Under the pieces are notes generated by a model, which worked only from the letters and a program-made list of their open reading frames with translations, was not told where the DNA came from and searched no databases. Source: Deltaproteobacteria bacterium (GTDB taxonomy: Bacteria; Myxococcota_A; Bradymonadia; REDH01). Taken from it: a stretch of 64,000 bases of DNA. The translations under genes were made by a program, and so were the position numbers. The DNA is taken from assembly GCA_007693585.1 (NCBI GenBank), contig REDH01000075.1, positions 9,066 to 73,065 on the forward strand, written 5' to 3'. This document shows positions 1 to 12,794 of this stretch, in pieces; the first letter of the stretch is position 1, and each line of letters begins with the position of its first letter.

Positions 1-96
1 GATGACGCGGGTCTTGCCGCTGCCCGCTCCGGCGAGGACGAGCAGCGGGCCGTCGCGGTGTGCGACGGCCGCGGCCTGCATGGGATTGAGTTCCAT
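1..96 (-). CDS. UvrD/PcrA/Rep-family ATP-dependent DNA helicase, N-terminal 32 aa (runs off the window's left edge)
   Basis: Not in the ORF track. The reverse complement of 1-96 reads MELNPMQAAAVAHRDGPLLVLAGAGSGKTRVI, which has the Q motif and Walker A (LAGAGSGKT) of SF1A helicases. Confidence 0.92.
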   Translation of the reverse strand, partial: MELNPMQAAAVAHRDGPLLVLAGAGSGKTRVI

Positions 97-119
97 CCGC
101 GTCGGCGACTCGGGAGCGC

Positions 120-923
120 TCACGGCGGCAGGAGTCCGTACGGTTGCGATCGCCGGGTCGTCGAGTGCGCGTCGACGACCGCCCAGATGTGGGTGGCGAG
201 CCCGGCGGGGGCGAACACCGAGTACAGCAGCATGGTGGTGAAGAAGAACGCGAGGGCCTTTCCGATCTGGCCGTTGTAGAGCTGTCCTGCTCCGGGGAAG
301 AAGCTCAGGAGTGCGGCCGTCGATGCGGAGCGCGGCGGGTCCTGGCCGTGGAGGGCCGGGGGCCGGTGCCCATGCGGGACCAGCGCGCCACCGGGTCCCT
401 GCCCCTGCTGCCAGGGGGGAGCCTGTGCGCCCTGCTGCCAGGGCGGCGCCGCGGCGGGCTGGGCGTTGCCATAGCCCTGACCCCCCATGCCCGGCGACGG
501 ACCTGCCGGCGCGCCCCACGCCGGTCCGCCGTGTGCGGGTCCGGGGCCGGCGGGGCCAGGAGGGGCGCCCCAGCCGTGCGATGCCGCTGGACCGTGTGGC
601 TGACCGGGCCAGTTCCCCTGCGGTCCTGCGCCCCACTGTGCGGCCGGCTGTCCTGTCGCGGAGGCCGATGACGGGGCCGATGCGGCATCGGCGTCCCAGG
701 ACGATCCGGCCCCACTCGGGGCGCCGGGGAGGAAGTAGAACAGGTTGCCATCATCGTCGCTGTCCAGCTCCAGCGTTCCCTCGGCGACCATTCGATCGAG
801 GCGCCGCTCCGAGTCCTTGACCGGGAGGCCGAGCTGATACGCCACCGACGCGGGGGTGAGCCGCGGCATGCCGCCGCCGTACACGAGGTGGAGTACGGCC
901 TGTTCGAATTGGCGTTGTTCCAT
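120..923 (-). CDS. Hypothetical membrane protein: N-terminal winged-helix-like domain, Pro/Gly/Gln/Trp-rich linker, C-terminal TM2-like membrane domain
   Basis: 267-aa ORF with SD-like GGAGGAG upstream. The C-terminus (AALLSFFPGAGQLYNGQIGKA plus hydrophobic helices) resembles TM2/DUF5683-type domains. Confidence 0.7.
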   Translation of the reverse strand: MEQRQFEQAVLHLVYGGGMPRLTPASVAYQLGLPVKDSERRLDRMVAEGTLELDSDDDGNLFYFLPGAPSGAGSSWDADAASAPSSASATGQPAAQWGAGPQGNWPGQPHGPAASHGWGAPPGPAGPGPAHGGPAWGAPAGPSPGMGGQGYGNAQPAAAPPWQQGAQAPPWQQGQGPGGALVPHGHRPPALHGQDPPRSASTAALLSFFPGAGQLYNGQIGKALAFFFTTMLLYSVFAPAGLATHIWAVVDAHSTTRRSQPYGLLPP

Positions 924-1064
924 TCACTCCTCCAGCTCACGGGCGTGCGGGTATCGACGGGGGGGGAGGCCTGGCCTCGAACGATCCGTCACGCCCGCGC
1001 AGATCCTAGCGGATCAGCGTGCGGGTGGAAAGGTAGGGGCAGGCGGGCCGATGTCCACTGCTGG

Positions 1065-2894
<1,830 letters not shown>

Positions 2895-2911
2895 GGTCGC
2901 TCTCGGGAGAT

Positions 2912-4327
2912 TCAGGAGGAGGGTTCGTCCGGGTTGTCGGCCCGCTCGCGCTTCCGTTCTGCCCAGCCATCGATGTTTCGCTGCCGGCACCGCGAGAGGG
3001 CCAGCGCACCCTCCGGGACATCCTCCGTGACGGTGGTTCCGGCGCCCACGTACGCCCCGTCTCCGACGGTCACGGGGGCAACGAGCTGGGTGTCGGACCC
3101 GATGAAGGCCCCGCGCCCGATCACGGTGCGGTGCTTCCGCTGCCCATCGTAGTTGCAGGTGATCGTTCCGGCACCCACGTTGGCACCGGCGCCCACATCG
3201 GCGTCGCCGATGTAGCTGAGGTGGCTCGCCTTCGCGCCGGGTCCGAAGACGGCCTGCTTGGTCTCGACGAAATTTCCGATGCGGACGCCTTCCTCGAGCT
3301 GCGTGCCGGGTCGCAGGTGGACCCAGGGGCCGATCGCGCAATGGTCTCCGATGGCCGTTTCCTCCGCATAGACCCCTGCGCGCAGGGTGACGGCGTCGCC
3401 CACGGTGGTGTCGCGCAGATGGCAACCCGGCTCGATGCGCGTGCCGCTCCCGACGCGGGTCCGGCCAAGAAGGGACACTCCGCCGGCGATCTCGACGTCC
3501 CGGGACAGCTGGACGTCGACCTCGAGACGAACGCTGTCCGGGGCAAGGAAGGTGACTCCCTCGTCCATCCACCGTTCCCGCAGTCGCGCCTGGGCCCACG
3601 CCTCGGCGCGTGCGAGCTCGCTTCGGCGATTGACCCCGTGCAGGGGTGCGATGTCGGGGGCGACGAGGGCCGCGGCCGGCGTTCCCTCGGCGGCAGCGAT
3701 GGCGACGAGGTCGGTCAGATAGAACTCCTGCTGCTCGTTGCTGTCGTCGATGCGGTCGAGGGCCCGGTCGAGGAACGCGGCCTCGACGAGGTAGAGCCCG
3801 ACGTTCACTTCCTGCAGGGCGCGCTCTTCGGCGGAGGCGTCGGCGAACTCCACGATCCTGAGTGGCCGCCCGTCCGCGTCCCGGACGATCCGTCCGTAGC
3901 GGTTGGGCGATGGGTCGTGCGCGGTGACGAGGGTCATGGGGCAGCCCGCGTCGGCGTGGAGCCGGATCAGTCCGTCGAGGACCTCCTGGGGGAGGTTGGG
4001 GACGTCCCCGTACAGGATGGCGACGCTGCCGGCGAAGTCGTGGAAGTGCTCCCGAGCGGCGAGCACGGCGCCCGCAGTGCCGTCCAGCGGGCCCTGGGTG
4101 CAGAACACGACGCGGGGGTTGTCGGCATAGCGGGAGGCGAGGGCGGGCTCCACGAGCTCGCGGCCGTGCTTGAGCACGACGGCCACTCGATCGGCGCCGG
4201 ACGCGAGCGCGCGCTCGACGGCCCAGCAGGCCATCGGCAGTCCGGCCACGGGATGGAGGACCTTCGGCAGGTCCGACTTCATCCGGGTTCCGGCACCGGC
4301 GGCGAGCACGACGGCCATCAATCGCAT
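2912..4327 (-). CDS. glmU: Bifunctional UDP-GlcNAc pyrophosphorylase / glucosamine-1-P N-acetyltransferase
   Basis: LAAGAGTRMKSDLPKVLH, EFYLTD, GNFVETK, HLSYIGDA, GAGTITCNYDG and hexapeptide repeats; adjacent to glmS. Confidence 0.98.
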   Translation of the reverse strand: MRLMAVVLAAGAGTRMKSDLPKVLHPVAGLPMACWAVERALASGADRVAVVLKHGRELVEPALASRYADNPRVVFCTQGPLDGTAGAVLAAREHFHDFAGSVAILYGDVPNLPQEVLDGLIRLHADAGCPMTLVTAHDPSPNRYGRIVRDADGRPLRIVEFADASAEERALQEVNVGLYLVEAAFLDRALDRIDDSNEQQEFYLTDLVAIAAAEGTPAAALVAPDIAPLHGVNRRSELARAEAWAQARLRERWMDEGVTFLAPDSVRLEVDVQLSRDVEIAGGVSLLGRTRVGSGTRIEPGCHLRDTTVGDAVTLRAGVYAEETAIGDHCAIGPWVHLRPGTQLEEGVRIGNFVETKQAVFGPGAKASHLSYIGDADVGAGANVGAGTITCNYDGQRKHRTVIGRGAFIGSDTQLVAPVTVGDGAYVGAGTTVTEDVPEGALALSRCRQRNIDGWAERKRERADNPDEPSS

Positions 4328-4360
4328 GAGGATCTCCTAGGATTCCGGGCCGGGCAACGG

Positions 4361-6493
4361 TCAGTAGCGATGCAGGTCGCGAGCTGCCTCCGCGACGTCG
4401 TCGACCTGAGGCAGGATGGCATCCTCGAGGCCGGGCTCGTAGGCGACGAAGCAGTCGAGGCTGCCGACGCGGCGCACGGGGCCGTCGAGGTATTCGAAGA
4501 GCTCGTCGGCAATGCGGGCGGCGATCTCGGCGCCGTAGCCGTGGGTGATGTGATCCTCGTGAATCATGAGGGCCTTGCTGGTCTTCCGCACGGAGGTCGC
4601 GATCGCGTCCCAGTCGTAGGGGCTGAGGGAGCGCAGGTCGAGGATCTCCACATCGATGCCTTCCTCGGCCAGCAGCGCGGCGGCCTTGACCGAGCGTTGC
4701 ACGAGGGAGCCGTAGGTGATGATGGTCAGATCCGAGCCCTCGCGGACCAGACGGGCCTTGCCGAAGGGGATCATGTAGTCGTCCCCGGGGTTGGCGCTCT
4801 TGTTGTACGTCTGGCGGTAGAGGTGCTTCGGCTCGAGGAACATGACCGGATCGTCACAGCGGATGGCAGTCCGCAGCAGTCCGTTGGCGTCGAGGGCGGT
4901 GCTCGGCATGACGACGCGCAGACCGGGGATGTGCGTGAAGAGGACCTCGCCGGACTGGCTGTGGTAGGGTGCACCACCCTTGAGGTATCCGCCGATGGGG
5001 ACGCGGACGACGATCGGAGCCTTGAACGCGTTGTTCGAGCGCCAGCGGAAGTTGGCCAGTTCGTTGCGCAGCTGCATGTAGGCGGGCCAGATGTAGTCGA
5101 AGAACTGGATCTCGACGACAGGCTTGAGTCCGCGGGCGGCCATGCCGACCGCCCGGCCGATGATGTTGGCCTCGGCGAGCGGGCTGTTGAACACGCGGTC
5201 GGACCCGTGGGCGAACTGCAGACCGTGGGTCACCTTGAAGACCCCTCCCTTGCCCTTGACGTGGTCCGCGTACTCCTCGCGACTCACGTCGGCCACATCC
5301 TGCCCGAAGACGACGATGCGCGGGTCGCGCGCCATCTCCGACTTGAGGCAGGCGTTGAGGAGGTCCACCATCGTGCCCTCCTTCTCGTCGACGAAGGCGG
5401 GTGCGGTCTCGAAGTCCGGGCCGGTCGGGTCCACGTCCGGGCTGTAGACGAAGTCGAGGGCGGACTCCGGGGAAGGCTTCTCCGCGGCGAGGGCCTCATC
5501 GGTGGCCTGGAGGACGGCGGCGTCGACCTCTTCCCGCAGGGCCTCGAGCTCTTCGTCCGACAGGATGCCCTCCCCGACGAGCCAGTCCGCCAGGGTGTGG
5601 AAGGGATCCCTGAGCCGCTCCTCCTCCCGCTCCTCCTCGGGACGGTAGAGGTCTTCGCTGTCGCTCATGGAGTGGGAGTAGGGGCGAATCACGTGGGCAT
5701 GACAGAGCACGGGGCCCTTGCCCGCGCGCAGGTGCTTCACCGCGCTGCGCATGGCGTCCCAGGTCTCGAACAGGTCGCAGCCGTCGAACTCGATGATCTT
5801 CAGGTTGGGGAAGGAGCCCACCAGCTTGCTGATCGATGCGCCCGCCGTGCCCACCTCCACGGGGGTGCTGATCGCGTAGCCGTTGTCCTCGATCATGTAG
5901 AGGACCGGCAGGGACAGGTTGCACACCGTGTTGAGCGACTCCCAGAACTCCCCCTCGCTTGTGGTGCCGTCGCCCGCGGACACGAAGACGATCTCGTCGT
6001 CGGCCACGGGGATGGACCCGTCCTGCAGCGCGTCGACGGCCTCCACGATCCGACCGACCTGGGCTGCACCCGCGGCATGCAGGAAGTGCATGCCGGTGCA
6101 CGAGCTCTTCGTGATGATGTTGAGGTCCCTGTGGCCCCAGTGGCAGGGCATCTGGCGCCCGCCGGAGTTCGGGTCCTCGGCCGCTCCCACCGCCTCCAGG
6201 AGGATCTCGGTCGGGGTCATGCCGAGCGCGAGGCACAGGGCGCGATCGCGGTAGTAGGGCAGGAACCAGTCCCGCGCCGGATCGAGAAGACGCCCGGCGA
6301 TGACCAGAGGTAGCTCGTGGCCCGCACCCGAGATCTGGAAGTAGATCTGGTTCTGCCGCTTCATCTTGATCTCGCGATCGTCGAGCCGTCGCGACAGGTA
6401 CACGGTTCGATAGATGTCGACGAGATCCGCCTTGCGGAGCCCTTTCCAGGAACTGCGGCTGCTCGACGAGCGGGACTTGCGGGTCGTGGCCAT
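4361..6493 (-). CDS. 2-oxoacid (probably branched-chain) dehydrogenase E1, fused alpha/beta subunits
   Basis: TPP motif [15 protein letters not shown]...[15 protein letters not shown], and beta-subunit motifs FNSPLAE, EIQFFDY, HSQSGE, EPKHLY in one 710-aa chain. Confidence 0.93.
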   Translation of the reverse strand: MATTRKSRSSSSRSSWKGLRKADLVDIYRTVYLSRRLDDREIKMKRQNQIYFQISGAGHELPLVIAGRLLDPARDWFLPYYRDRALCLALGMTPTEILLEAVGAAEDPNSGGRQMPCHWGHRDLNIITKSSCTGMHFLHAAGAAQVGRIVEAVDALQDGSIPVADDEIVFVSAGDGTTSEGEFWESLNTVCNLSLPVLYMIEDNGYAISTPVEVGTAGASISKLVGSFPNLKIIEFDGCDLFETWDAMRSAVKHLRAGKGPVLCHAHVIRPYSHSMSDSEDLYRPEEEREEERLRDPFHTLADWLVGEGILSDEELEALREEVDAAVLQATDEALAAEKPSPESALDFVYSPDVDPTGPDFETAPAFVDEKEGTMVDLLNACLKSEMARDPRIVVFGQDVADVSREEYADHVKGKGGVFKVTHGLQFAHGSDRVFNSPLAEANIIGRAVGMAARGLKPVVEIQFFDYIWPAYMQLRNELANFRWRSNNAFKAPIVVRVPIGGYLKGGAPYHSQSGEVLFTHIPGLRVVMPSTALDANGLLRTAIRCDDPVMFLEPKHLYRQTYNKSANPGDDYMIPFGKARLVREGSDLTIITYGSLVQRSVKAAALLAEEGIDVEILDLRSLSPYDWDAIATSVRKTSKALMIHEDHITHGYGAEIAARIADELFEYLDGPVRRVGSLDCFVAYEPGLEDAILPQVDDVAEAARDLHRY

Positions 6494-6548
6494 GCTTCTC
6501 TCCTCTCCTGCTGGTCCGGCGCCGTCCCCGGAGGAGGCGCCGAGTCAT

Positions 6549-9071
6549 TCACTTCACGATGAGGTTCAGGATTCTTCCCGGAACGTAGATCTCCTTCACC
6601 ACCGTTCGCCCGTCCAGGTGCGCCTGCACGTTCTCCACGGTCCGGGCCTCGGCGAGGACCTCGTCCTTCGCGGCGTCCTTCGTCACCACGATCGTGCCGC
6701 GAAGGCGTCCGTTGACCTGAACGGCCAGCTCGATTGTCTCCTCCTCGAGGAGACGCTCGTTGACCTCGGGCCACGCCTCATAGGCCAGCGTCTCCGTTCC
6801 GCCAAGACCCTCCCACAGCTCCTCCGCAAGGTGAGGGGCGAAGGGCGAGAGGAGAAGCACGAACGTTCGCGCCAGGTCGACGGGCACCTCCTCGACACGG
6901 TAGAGCTCGTTGAGCAGCTCGATCAGGGCGGCGATCCCCGTGTTGAACCGCATTCCCTCCAGTTCGTCGGTGACCTTGCGGATCGTCCGGTGCAGCGCCT
7001 GCTCCAGTTCGCGCGGTGCGGACGTGTCGACGACGCGCGCGGCGCGCTGCCCGTCCTCGGCCGCCAGCAGCCGGAAGGCGCGCGCGAGGAATCGGTGCAT
7101 GCCGCGCACGCCGTCCGTCTGCCAGGGCTTGGTCTGGTCCAGCGGCCCCATGTACATCTCGTAGAGCCTCAGCGCGTCCGCGCCGAACCGGTCGATGACC
7201 TCGTCCGGATTCGCCACGTTCAACTTCGACTTGGACATCTTCTCGATCTGCGTGTGCAGACGCTCCTCCGTTCCCTTGACGTACCACTCCCCATCGCGCT
7301 CCTCGACGTTGTCGGGGTGATGGTACTTCCCGTTCCCGTCGCGGTAGCTGAACGCCAGAATCATTCCCTGATTGTACAACTTGCGGAACGGCTCCTTCGT
7401 GGAGACCACGCCCGCGTCGTAGAGCACCTTGTGCCAGAACCGGGCGTACAGAAGGTGCAGCACGGCATGCTCTGCGCCTCCCACGTAGAGATCCACCGGC
7501 ATCCAGTAGCGCTCGAGTTCCGGATCCACCGCGAGCTCGTCATTGTGCGGATCGATGAAGCGCAGGTAGTACCAGCAGGAGCCTGCCCACTGGGGCATGG
7601 TGTTCGTCTCCCGCAGGGCGGGAGCCCCGCTCCCGGGATCCGTCGTCCGGACCCAGTCCCGGGCCCGGGCCAGCGGAGGCTCGCCATCTTCCGTCGGGCG
7701 ATAGGCGTCCACATGCGGCAGCTCCACGGGGAGTGCATCTTCCGGCAGTGGGCGGACCGTGCCGTCTTCCAGCGTCACCACCGGGAAGGGCTCGCCCCAG
7801 TAGCGTTGCCGGCTGAACAGCCAGTCGCGGAGCCTGTAGTTGATCCGTCGCTCCCCCAGTCCCCTCTCCTCCAGCCAGTCGATGATACGGCCCTTGGCCT
7901 CGGCTACCCGCAGTCCGTCCAGAAACCCGCTGTTGACCAGCTCCCCGTCGCCCGTGTGCGCCGCCTCGGTCACGTCGCCGCCGGAGATCACCTCCACGAC
8001 GGGAAGGTCATACGCGCGCGCGAACTCCCAATCCCGTTCATCGTGGCCGGGCACCGCCATGATGGCCCCCGTACCGTAGGTGGCGAGAACGTAGTCTCCC
8101 ACCCAGACGGGAATCGTCTCTCCCGTGACCGGATTGAGGGCACGCGCCCCCGTGTCGACCCCGGTCTTCCCCTTCGCGAGATCGGTTCGTTCCAGGTCGG
8201 ACTTGTTCCGGGCCTGCGCCCGGTACGACTCCACCGCCGCGCGCTGTGCCGATGTCGTGATGCTGTCCACCAGCACATGTTCCGGCGCCAGCACCATGTA
8301 TGTCGCCCCGAACAACGTATCGGGTCGAGTCGTGAACACTTCGATCGTCGCGTCCGCCACGTCCTCCACCGCAAATCGCACCAGCGCGCCTTCCGAGCGG
8401 CCGATCCAGTTGCGCTGCATCTCCTTGATCGACTCCGGCCAGTCCAGCTCCTCCAGGTCGTCGAGCAGTCGCTCGGCGTAGGCCGGGATGCGGAGCAGCC
8501 ACTGCTTCATCAGCCGTCGCTCCACCGGATCGCCCGTCTCGACGTACCGTCCGTCCTCGACTTCCTCGTTCGCCAGAACCGTGCCCTGCGCCGGGCACCA
8601 ATTCACCGGAACCTCGGCCTGATAGGCGAGGCCCCGCTCCATCAGCTTGAGAAAGATCCACTGCGTCCAGCGGTAGTACGACGGATCCGTCGTGCTCAGC
8701 TCGCGATCCCAGTCGTACGAGAATCCCAGCCTCTTGATCTGACGACGGAAATTGTCGATGTTCTCGATGGTCAGCTCCGCAGGGTGTCGTCCCTCCCGCA
8801 TCGCCGCGCGCTCGGCCGGCAGCCCGAACGCATCCCAGCCCATCGGATGCAGCACGTTGAAGCCACGCATCCGCTTGTAGCGCGCCAGGATGTCCGTCGC
8901 CGTATACCCTTCCGGGTGCCCCACATGGAGCCCCGCGCCCGAGGGGTACGGAAACATGTCGAGCACGTAGTACTTCGGACGTGTGCGATCCTCCGGCGTG
9001 CGGAAGGTCCGGTGTTCCTCCCAGTACGACTGCCAGCGCTTCTCGATCTCTTCGGGACGGTACTCCGCCAT
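6549..9071 (-). CDS. leuS: Leucine--tRNA ligase
   Basis: Start [14 protein letters not shown] at 9071. Contains [14 protein letters not shown] (HIGH-type), [14 protein letters not shown] and KMSKS. Confidence 0.98.
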   Translation of the reverse strand: MAEYRPEEIEKRWQSYWEEHRTFRTPEDRTRPKYYVLDMFPYPSGAGLHVGHPEGYTATDILARYKRMRGFNVLHPMGWDAFGLPAERAAMREGRHPAELTIENIDNFRRQIKRLGFSYDWDRELSTTDPSYYRWTQWIFLKLMERGLAYQAEVPVNWCPAQGTVLANEEVEDGRYVETGDPVERRLMKQWLLRIPAYAERLLDDLEELDWPESIKEMQRNWIGRSEGALVRFAVEDVADATIEVFTTRPDTLFGATYMVLAPEHVLVDSITTSAQRAAVESYRAQARNKSDLERTDLAKGKTGVDTGARALNPVTGETIPVWVGDYVLATYGTGAIMAVPGHDERDWEFARAYDLPVVEVISGGDVTEAAHTGDGELVNSGFLDGLRVAEAKGRIIDWLEERGLGERRINYRLRDWLFSRQRYWGEPFPVVTLEDGTVRPLPEDALPVELPHVDAYRPTEDGEPPLARARDWVRTTDPGSGAPALRETNTMPQWAGSCWYYLRFIDPHNDELAVDPELERYWMPVDLYVGGAEHAVLHLLYARFWHKVLYDAGVVSTKEPFRKLYNQGMILAFSYRDGNGKYHHPDNVEERDGEWYVKGTEERLHTQIEKMSKSKLNVANPDEVIDRFGADALRLYEMYMGPLDQTKPWQTDGVRGMHRFLARAFRLLAAEDGQRAARVVDTSAPRELEQALHRTIRKVTDELEGMRFNTGIAALIELLNELYRVEEVPVDLARTFVLLLSPFAPHLAEELWEGLGGTETLAYEAWPEVNERLLEEETIELAVQVNGRLRGTIVVTKDAAKDEVLAEARTVENVQAHLDGRTVVKEIYVPGRILNLIVK

Positions 9072-9312
9072 GCTCGCTTCCTCGTGTCCACGGTACCGGC
9101 GCGCGACCGAGGCGCATGCCCCGAAGGCAAGGCGTGGGCCCACTCCGGTACGATTCACTCTCCCCCACGGAATCTCCCCGCGGGCGGTCGCCTATCACAC
9201 ACCGTTCGCGGGGCGCAACGCGACTCGTTCCCCCATGGTCTTGACCGCCTGACGCCTCGATGCCACGCACACCGCAGGCACCCTCGGGTGCATCCTCTGC
9301 CCCGGTAGGTTC

Positions 9313-9834
9313 ATGCGTCTCGTCCCCGTCCTCGTGCTCCTCACTGTTGCCATCGCCTTTCCCGCGGCCTGCGCGGCCCCCGAAACCCGGCGCGCCCAGC
9401 TGACGGCCAGCGACCTCCAGACGCCCGCGGAACGCCGGGAGGTGGAGCGATTCCTGCGCCGGTCGGCGGCGACGGAGAGACCCGTGGAACGCGCGCGGCG
9501 GCAACTGGAGAATGGGTGGATCGACCACGGGTTCCTCGAAGCGCTCGAACCTCGCGACATCTTCCGGGAGATCACGCTCGCTCCCCATGCCGACGCCGAA
9601 AGCGGCGAGAACATCGGCCTCCAGGTCGAGTGGCTCGGCCACGTGGCGCGCCGTCTCGGGCCGAGCGGTCTGGTCGAGGGAGACGTCGTGCTCGAGGTCA
9701 ACCGCACCAGCGTGCTGGATCCCGAGTCCCTGCTGGCGACGCTGGAAGGGTTGGCCGATGCGGATCAGGTGATCCTGACGATCGTTCGTGCAGGGCAGCC
9801 GCTCTCCCTGCAGGCCGAGGTGAGGCGGGAGTGA
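9313..9834 (+). CDS. Exported (probable lipo)protein with GspC-like PDZ domain
   Basis: Hydrophobic N-terminus ending PAAC. The C-terminal GLVEGDVVLEVN...TIVRAGQPL resembles the PDZ domain of T2SS GspC. Confidence 0.65.
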   Translation: MRLVPVLVLLTVAIAFPAACAAPETRRAQLTASDLQTPAERREVERFLRRSAATERPVERARRQLENGWIDHGFLEALEPRDIFREITLAPHADAESGENIGLQVEWLGHVARRLGPSGLVEGDVVLEVNRTSVLDPESLLATLEGLADADQVILTIVRAGQPLSLQAEVRRE

Positions 9835-10562
9835 TGGCCCTGGCGAATCGGGCTGCGCCCGGACTCCACGGGGCGGGGATCTGGATCGTCCTCACGATGC
9901 TCCTTTCGCTGACGGTGTCGGCGCAGGTCGTGGCTGCCGCGCAGGGCGAGGAGCCCCGGACAACAACCGTTCCCCTCGTCCTCTTCGCCCTGCTCCCCAG
10001 CGTGCTCCTCGCAGGGGCCATGCTCTCTCCGTGGCGACGCCGGCTCCTGGCCACGGTCGCCACCGCAGCATGGCCGCTCCTGCTCGGCCTGGCCGTGGTT
10101 CGCCTTCCCGAGGAGACGTACGGCGCCTTTCTCGCACCCGGGCCACAGTTCTTCTTCCTGACCAATGTGGCGGGTACGCTCCTGCTCGCCGGGCAGGCCA
10201 TCCGGCGGCTCGGCGACCGTCGGGGCACCGTCGGTGTTCGGCACAGAAAGCCGGTCGATACTCCGCCCGCTCTCCCGCGTCGCTTTCTTCTGCTCCATCT
10301 CGCGCGCGCCTGTTGCGCCATGCTGCTGCTTGCCTCGCCCGTCTTCACGCTGCTCGCGCGACTGGACGCACCGGCCGGGCCTCGGGAGGTCTTTCTGTTG
10401 CTGGTCATCCTCTTCCTCTGGATCCTGGCGACCGCCTTCTTCTTCCTCTGGCCGATGCTCGGGGAGGAGAACGAACGGCTGCGACTCGACTCGACCCTCG
10501 AGGCAGAGGCCGGCCGGACCCGGCGACGATGGGCGAGGGTGCTGGCCCGCGAATTGCGCTGA
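9834..10562 (+). CDS. Hypothetical polytopic membrane protein
   Basis: ATG overlaps the upstream stop (TGATG at 9832-9836); about six hydrophobic segments. Confidence 0.65.
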   Translation: MALANRAAPGLHGAGIWIVLTMLLSLTVSAQVVAAAQGEEPRTTTVPLVLFALLPSVLLAGAMLSPWRRRLLATVATAAWPLLLGLAVVRLPEETYGAFLAPGPQFFFLTNVAGTLLLAGQAIRRLGDRRGTVGVRHRKPVDTPPALPRRFLLLHLARACCAMLLLASPVFTLLARLDAPAGPREVFLLLVILFLWILATAFFFLWPMLGEENERLRLDSTLEAEAGRTRRRWARVLARELR

Positions 10563-10659
10563 CGTGGCCAGACCCCGACTTGTCGATGCGCCCGCCAACC
10601 GCTAGAGTCACGAGGCCCTTCTGCCGGAGGGACTCCGACGCGTTTCCTCCGTGTGTCCC

Positions 10660-10851
10660 ATGGCACTGATCGAGATCACCAGCCTTCTTCTCGCGCTGGC
10701 AGCGGTGGCTGCCTTCTCCTGGATGGTCGTCTTCCTGCACGACGGGGCGTTCCTGTCCGGCCTTCTCGTTTCCGGCGTCGGCCTGCTCCTCCTGCGCGCG
10801 TCCACGGCGACGGCGCGGGTAGCCGGATACGCCATGCGGTCGGAGCGCTAG
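10660..10851 (+). CDS. Small hypothetical membrane protein (2 TM)
   Basis: 63-aa hydrophobic ORF ending 3 nt before the next gene. Confidence 0.55.
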   Translation: MALIEITSLLLALAAVAAFSWMVVFLHDGAFLSGLLVSGVGLLLLRASTATARVAGYAMRSER

Positions 10852-10854
10852 GAC

Positions 10855-11925
10855 ATGCGAGTGCGTCTTCCGAGCACACTGCGGACCCTCGCGAGGGCTG
10901 CGAGCCTGGGACTCGTCGCCCTGGCGGCGACGTCCTGCGAGCGGGAGCAGGAGCATTCGATGGCGTTCGCTGCCGAGATCGACCGCCACCACGAGGCTGT
11001 GGTTCACGACCTGTTCGATCGGGCGACCAGCCCCCGTGCCGTCGTGGCCACGGTGGGTGATCGGGACCTGCGCGTGGTCGACGTCGCGCTTTGGCTCGAA
11101 CTGTTTCCGATGCTGTCGGTGGACCAGGCCGTGGAGGATCTGATCGAGCTTCTGGCCATGGTCGAGACCTCGAGCGCGGAGGGAACGGCCTGGCCGGATG
11201 CGCTCGCGGACGGCGCTCAGCGTGGCCGGGCGAGGGGGTGGATGCGCACGGTCTCCGCGGATGAGCAGCCGGCCTCGTCGATGACGGACGGCGAGGTCGC
11301 TGCGGAGAGCCTGCCCGATGTCGTCCTCTCCCAGCTCGGTCGACCTGCCACGCGTATGGTCAGCCACGTGCTGGTGCCTCTCCCGGCCGACGCTTCGGAG
11401 GGTCTCTGGCGCAGTGCGGAACACCTTGTCCGGGAGCTGGCCGAGGACCTGAACGCACTGCCTGAACCGAGCCGCCAGGATCTGGCTGACGCCGTGGCGG
11501 TGCGGCTGGAGCGCGAAAGCGATGATGTACCGGCGGGCGTGCGTGTCGAGGGGCCCTTTCGTGTCGCCGAACGAAACCGGGGCGTGGTCCCCGGAGGTGG
11601 TGTTCGCACCGTCGTGCTTCCCTTCGCAGAGGCGGCGTTCGCCGGACCGGTGGGACAGCTCGGAGAGCCGGTGCGGACGCGGTTTGGGGTGCACGCCATC
11701 CTCGTGCACGGCCATGTCGACGCGAGCTGGGCGGTGACGGATGAGGAGGTTGACAGGATCCTGCGTGGCCAGGCCCGGGCCGAGCAGGCAGGGAACGCCC
11801 TGGTGGACCTGCGCAGGAGACATCGGGCCGTCGTGGATGCCGAAGCTGCCGAGCTTCTGTCGCTGGATGCGTTCGAGCGAATGCGACGAGAGCGGGCCGA
11901 GGCGCTCGCGCCTGGGCAACCGTGA
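10855..11925 (+). CDS. Parvulin/PpiC-type peptidyl-prolyl isomerase-like lipoprotein (SurA/PrsA-like foldase)
   Basis: Signal peptide ending ATSC. VSHVLV and VLPFAEAAFAGPVGQLGEPVRTRFGVHAI match rotamase motifs. Confidence 0.8.
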   Translation: MRVRLPSTLRTLARAASLGLVALAATSCEREQEHSMAFAAEIDRHHEAVVHDLFDRATSPRAVVATVGDRDLRVVDVALWLELFPMLSVDQAVEDLIELLAMVETSSAEGTAWPDALADGAQRGRARGWMRTVSADEQPASSMTDGEVAAESLPDVVLSQLGRPATRMVSHVLVPLPADASEGLWRSAEHLVRELAEDLNALPEPSRQDLADAVAVRLERESDDVPAGVRVEGPFRVAERNRGVVPGGGVRTVVLPFAEAAFAGPVGQLGEPVRTRFGVHAILVHGHVDASWAVTDEEVDRILRGQARAEQAGNALVDLRRRHRAVVDAEAAELLSLDAFERMRRERAEALAPGQP

Positions 11926-11946
11926 GGCGCCGACCTTGCCCGTGAC

Positions 11947-12774
11947 TCAGCGGGACAGCAGGAACGTCAGGTTGTCCGCGATCCATCGGCGCGCATCGTC
12001 CAGTCGTGGATAGCGCTCCTCCAGCGCACGGAATGCGCGGTGGTGGAGCCGGTGCTCACCCGCCACGGATGCGGTCACTTCGTCCAGTGGTGGCGCCGCG
12101 AAGTGGCAGAGTTCGTGGAAGACAACCTGTCCGGTGACCCAGAGGGGGACGCCGGGATCATCGAGGGCCGGGTGAATGACGATGCTGTTCTCGGTCAGAC
12201 GCGCGGAGCCCAGTCGGATTGCGCGCCTTCGAGGGCCAGCGGGAGGTCGGCGCCCCCAGCCGATGCGCAGCGGCGAATGGCCGTTCAACTCCGGGAGCAG
12301 ACCGATGCCTTCCTGAAAAAGGGGCCTCAGGTCGGTGAATCGACCTTGCGGGGCAAGTCGCATCAACCGTCGAGAGGGCAGACTTCGGCGCACGTCGTCT
12401 CGCCTCGCCAGCTCGTCGAGCAGTTCCGCGGTCCACGGAGGAAAGCGGCTTCGGGCCGCGGCAGCGGCGAGCGCTCTGGCCGTGCGTTCGGGTTCGAGGA
12501 GCAGCGCCCAGTGCATGGTGGCTTCGGACACACCGCGGTGCTGCCCGGAGGGATCAAGCCGGACGTCCACTCGGCGACGAACGTGAATGGCGAGGCTGCG
12601 CAGTCGGAGTGCGGGGGAGCCGAAAGCGACCAATTCGTCGGCCCGCTGCCGAAGGGTCACTCGATCCAGAGGCACCCGCGACCAGGCGGGAGCGCGGCCA
12701 AGGAACCGCAAGGAGACCTCCGCATCGGGAGGGAGCCAGAGGTCGAGCTGTCCGTGGGGGGCGGGCAAGGTCAC
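11947..12774 (-). CDS. SprT/YgjP(DUF45)-like zinc metallopeptidase domain protein
   Basis: IVIHPALD...VVFHELCH (HExxH)...HHRAFRALEERYP. The GTG start just downstream of valS is inferred. Confidence 0.75.
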   Translation of the reverse strand: MTLPAPHGQLDLWLPPDAEVSLRFLGRAPAWSRVPLDRVTLRQRADELVAFGSPALRLRSLAIHVRRRVDVRLDPSGQHRGVSEATMHWALLLEPERTARALAAAAARSRFPPWTAELLDELARRDDVRRSLPSRRLMRLAPQGRFTDLRPLFQEGIGLLPELNGHSPLRIGWGRRPPAGPRRRAIRLGSARLTENSIVIHPALDDPGVPLWVTGQVVFHELCHFAAPPLDEVTASVAGEHRLHHRAFRALEERYPRLDDARRWIADNLTFLLSR

Positions 12775-12794
12775 TGCCGTGAAGTACTGAAGAT

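Noticed and set aside
2895-3599. N-terminal extension of the 844-aa glmS ORF, and a possible glmS ribozyme
   Set aside because: GlmS needs Cys at position 2 (MCGIVG at 2894) and the extension overlaps glmU. The glmU-glmS gap is only 17 nt, too small for a ribozyme.
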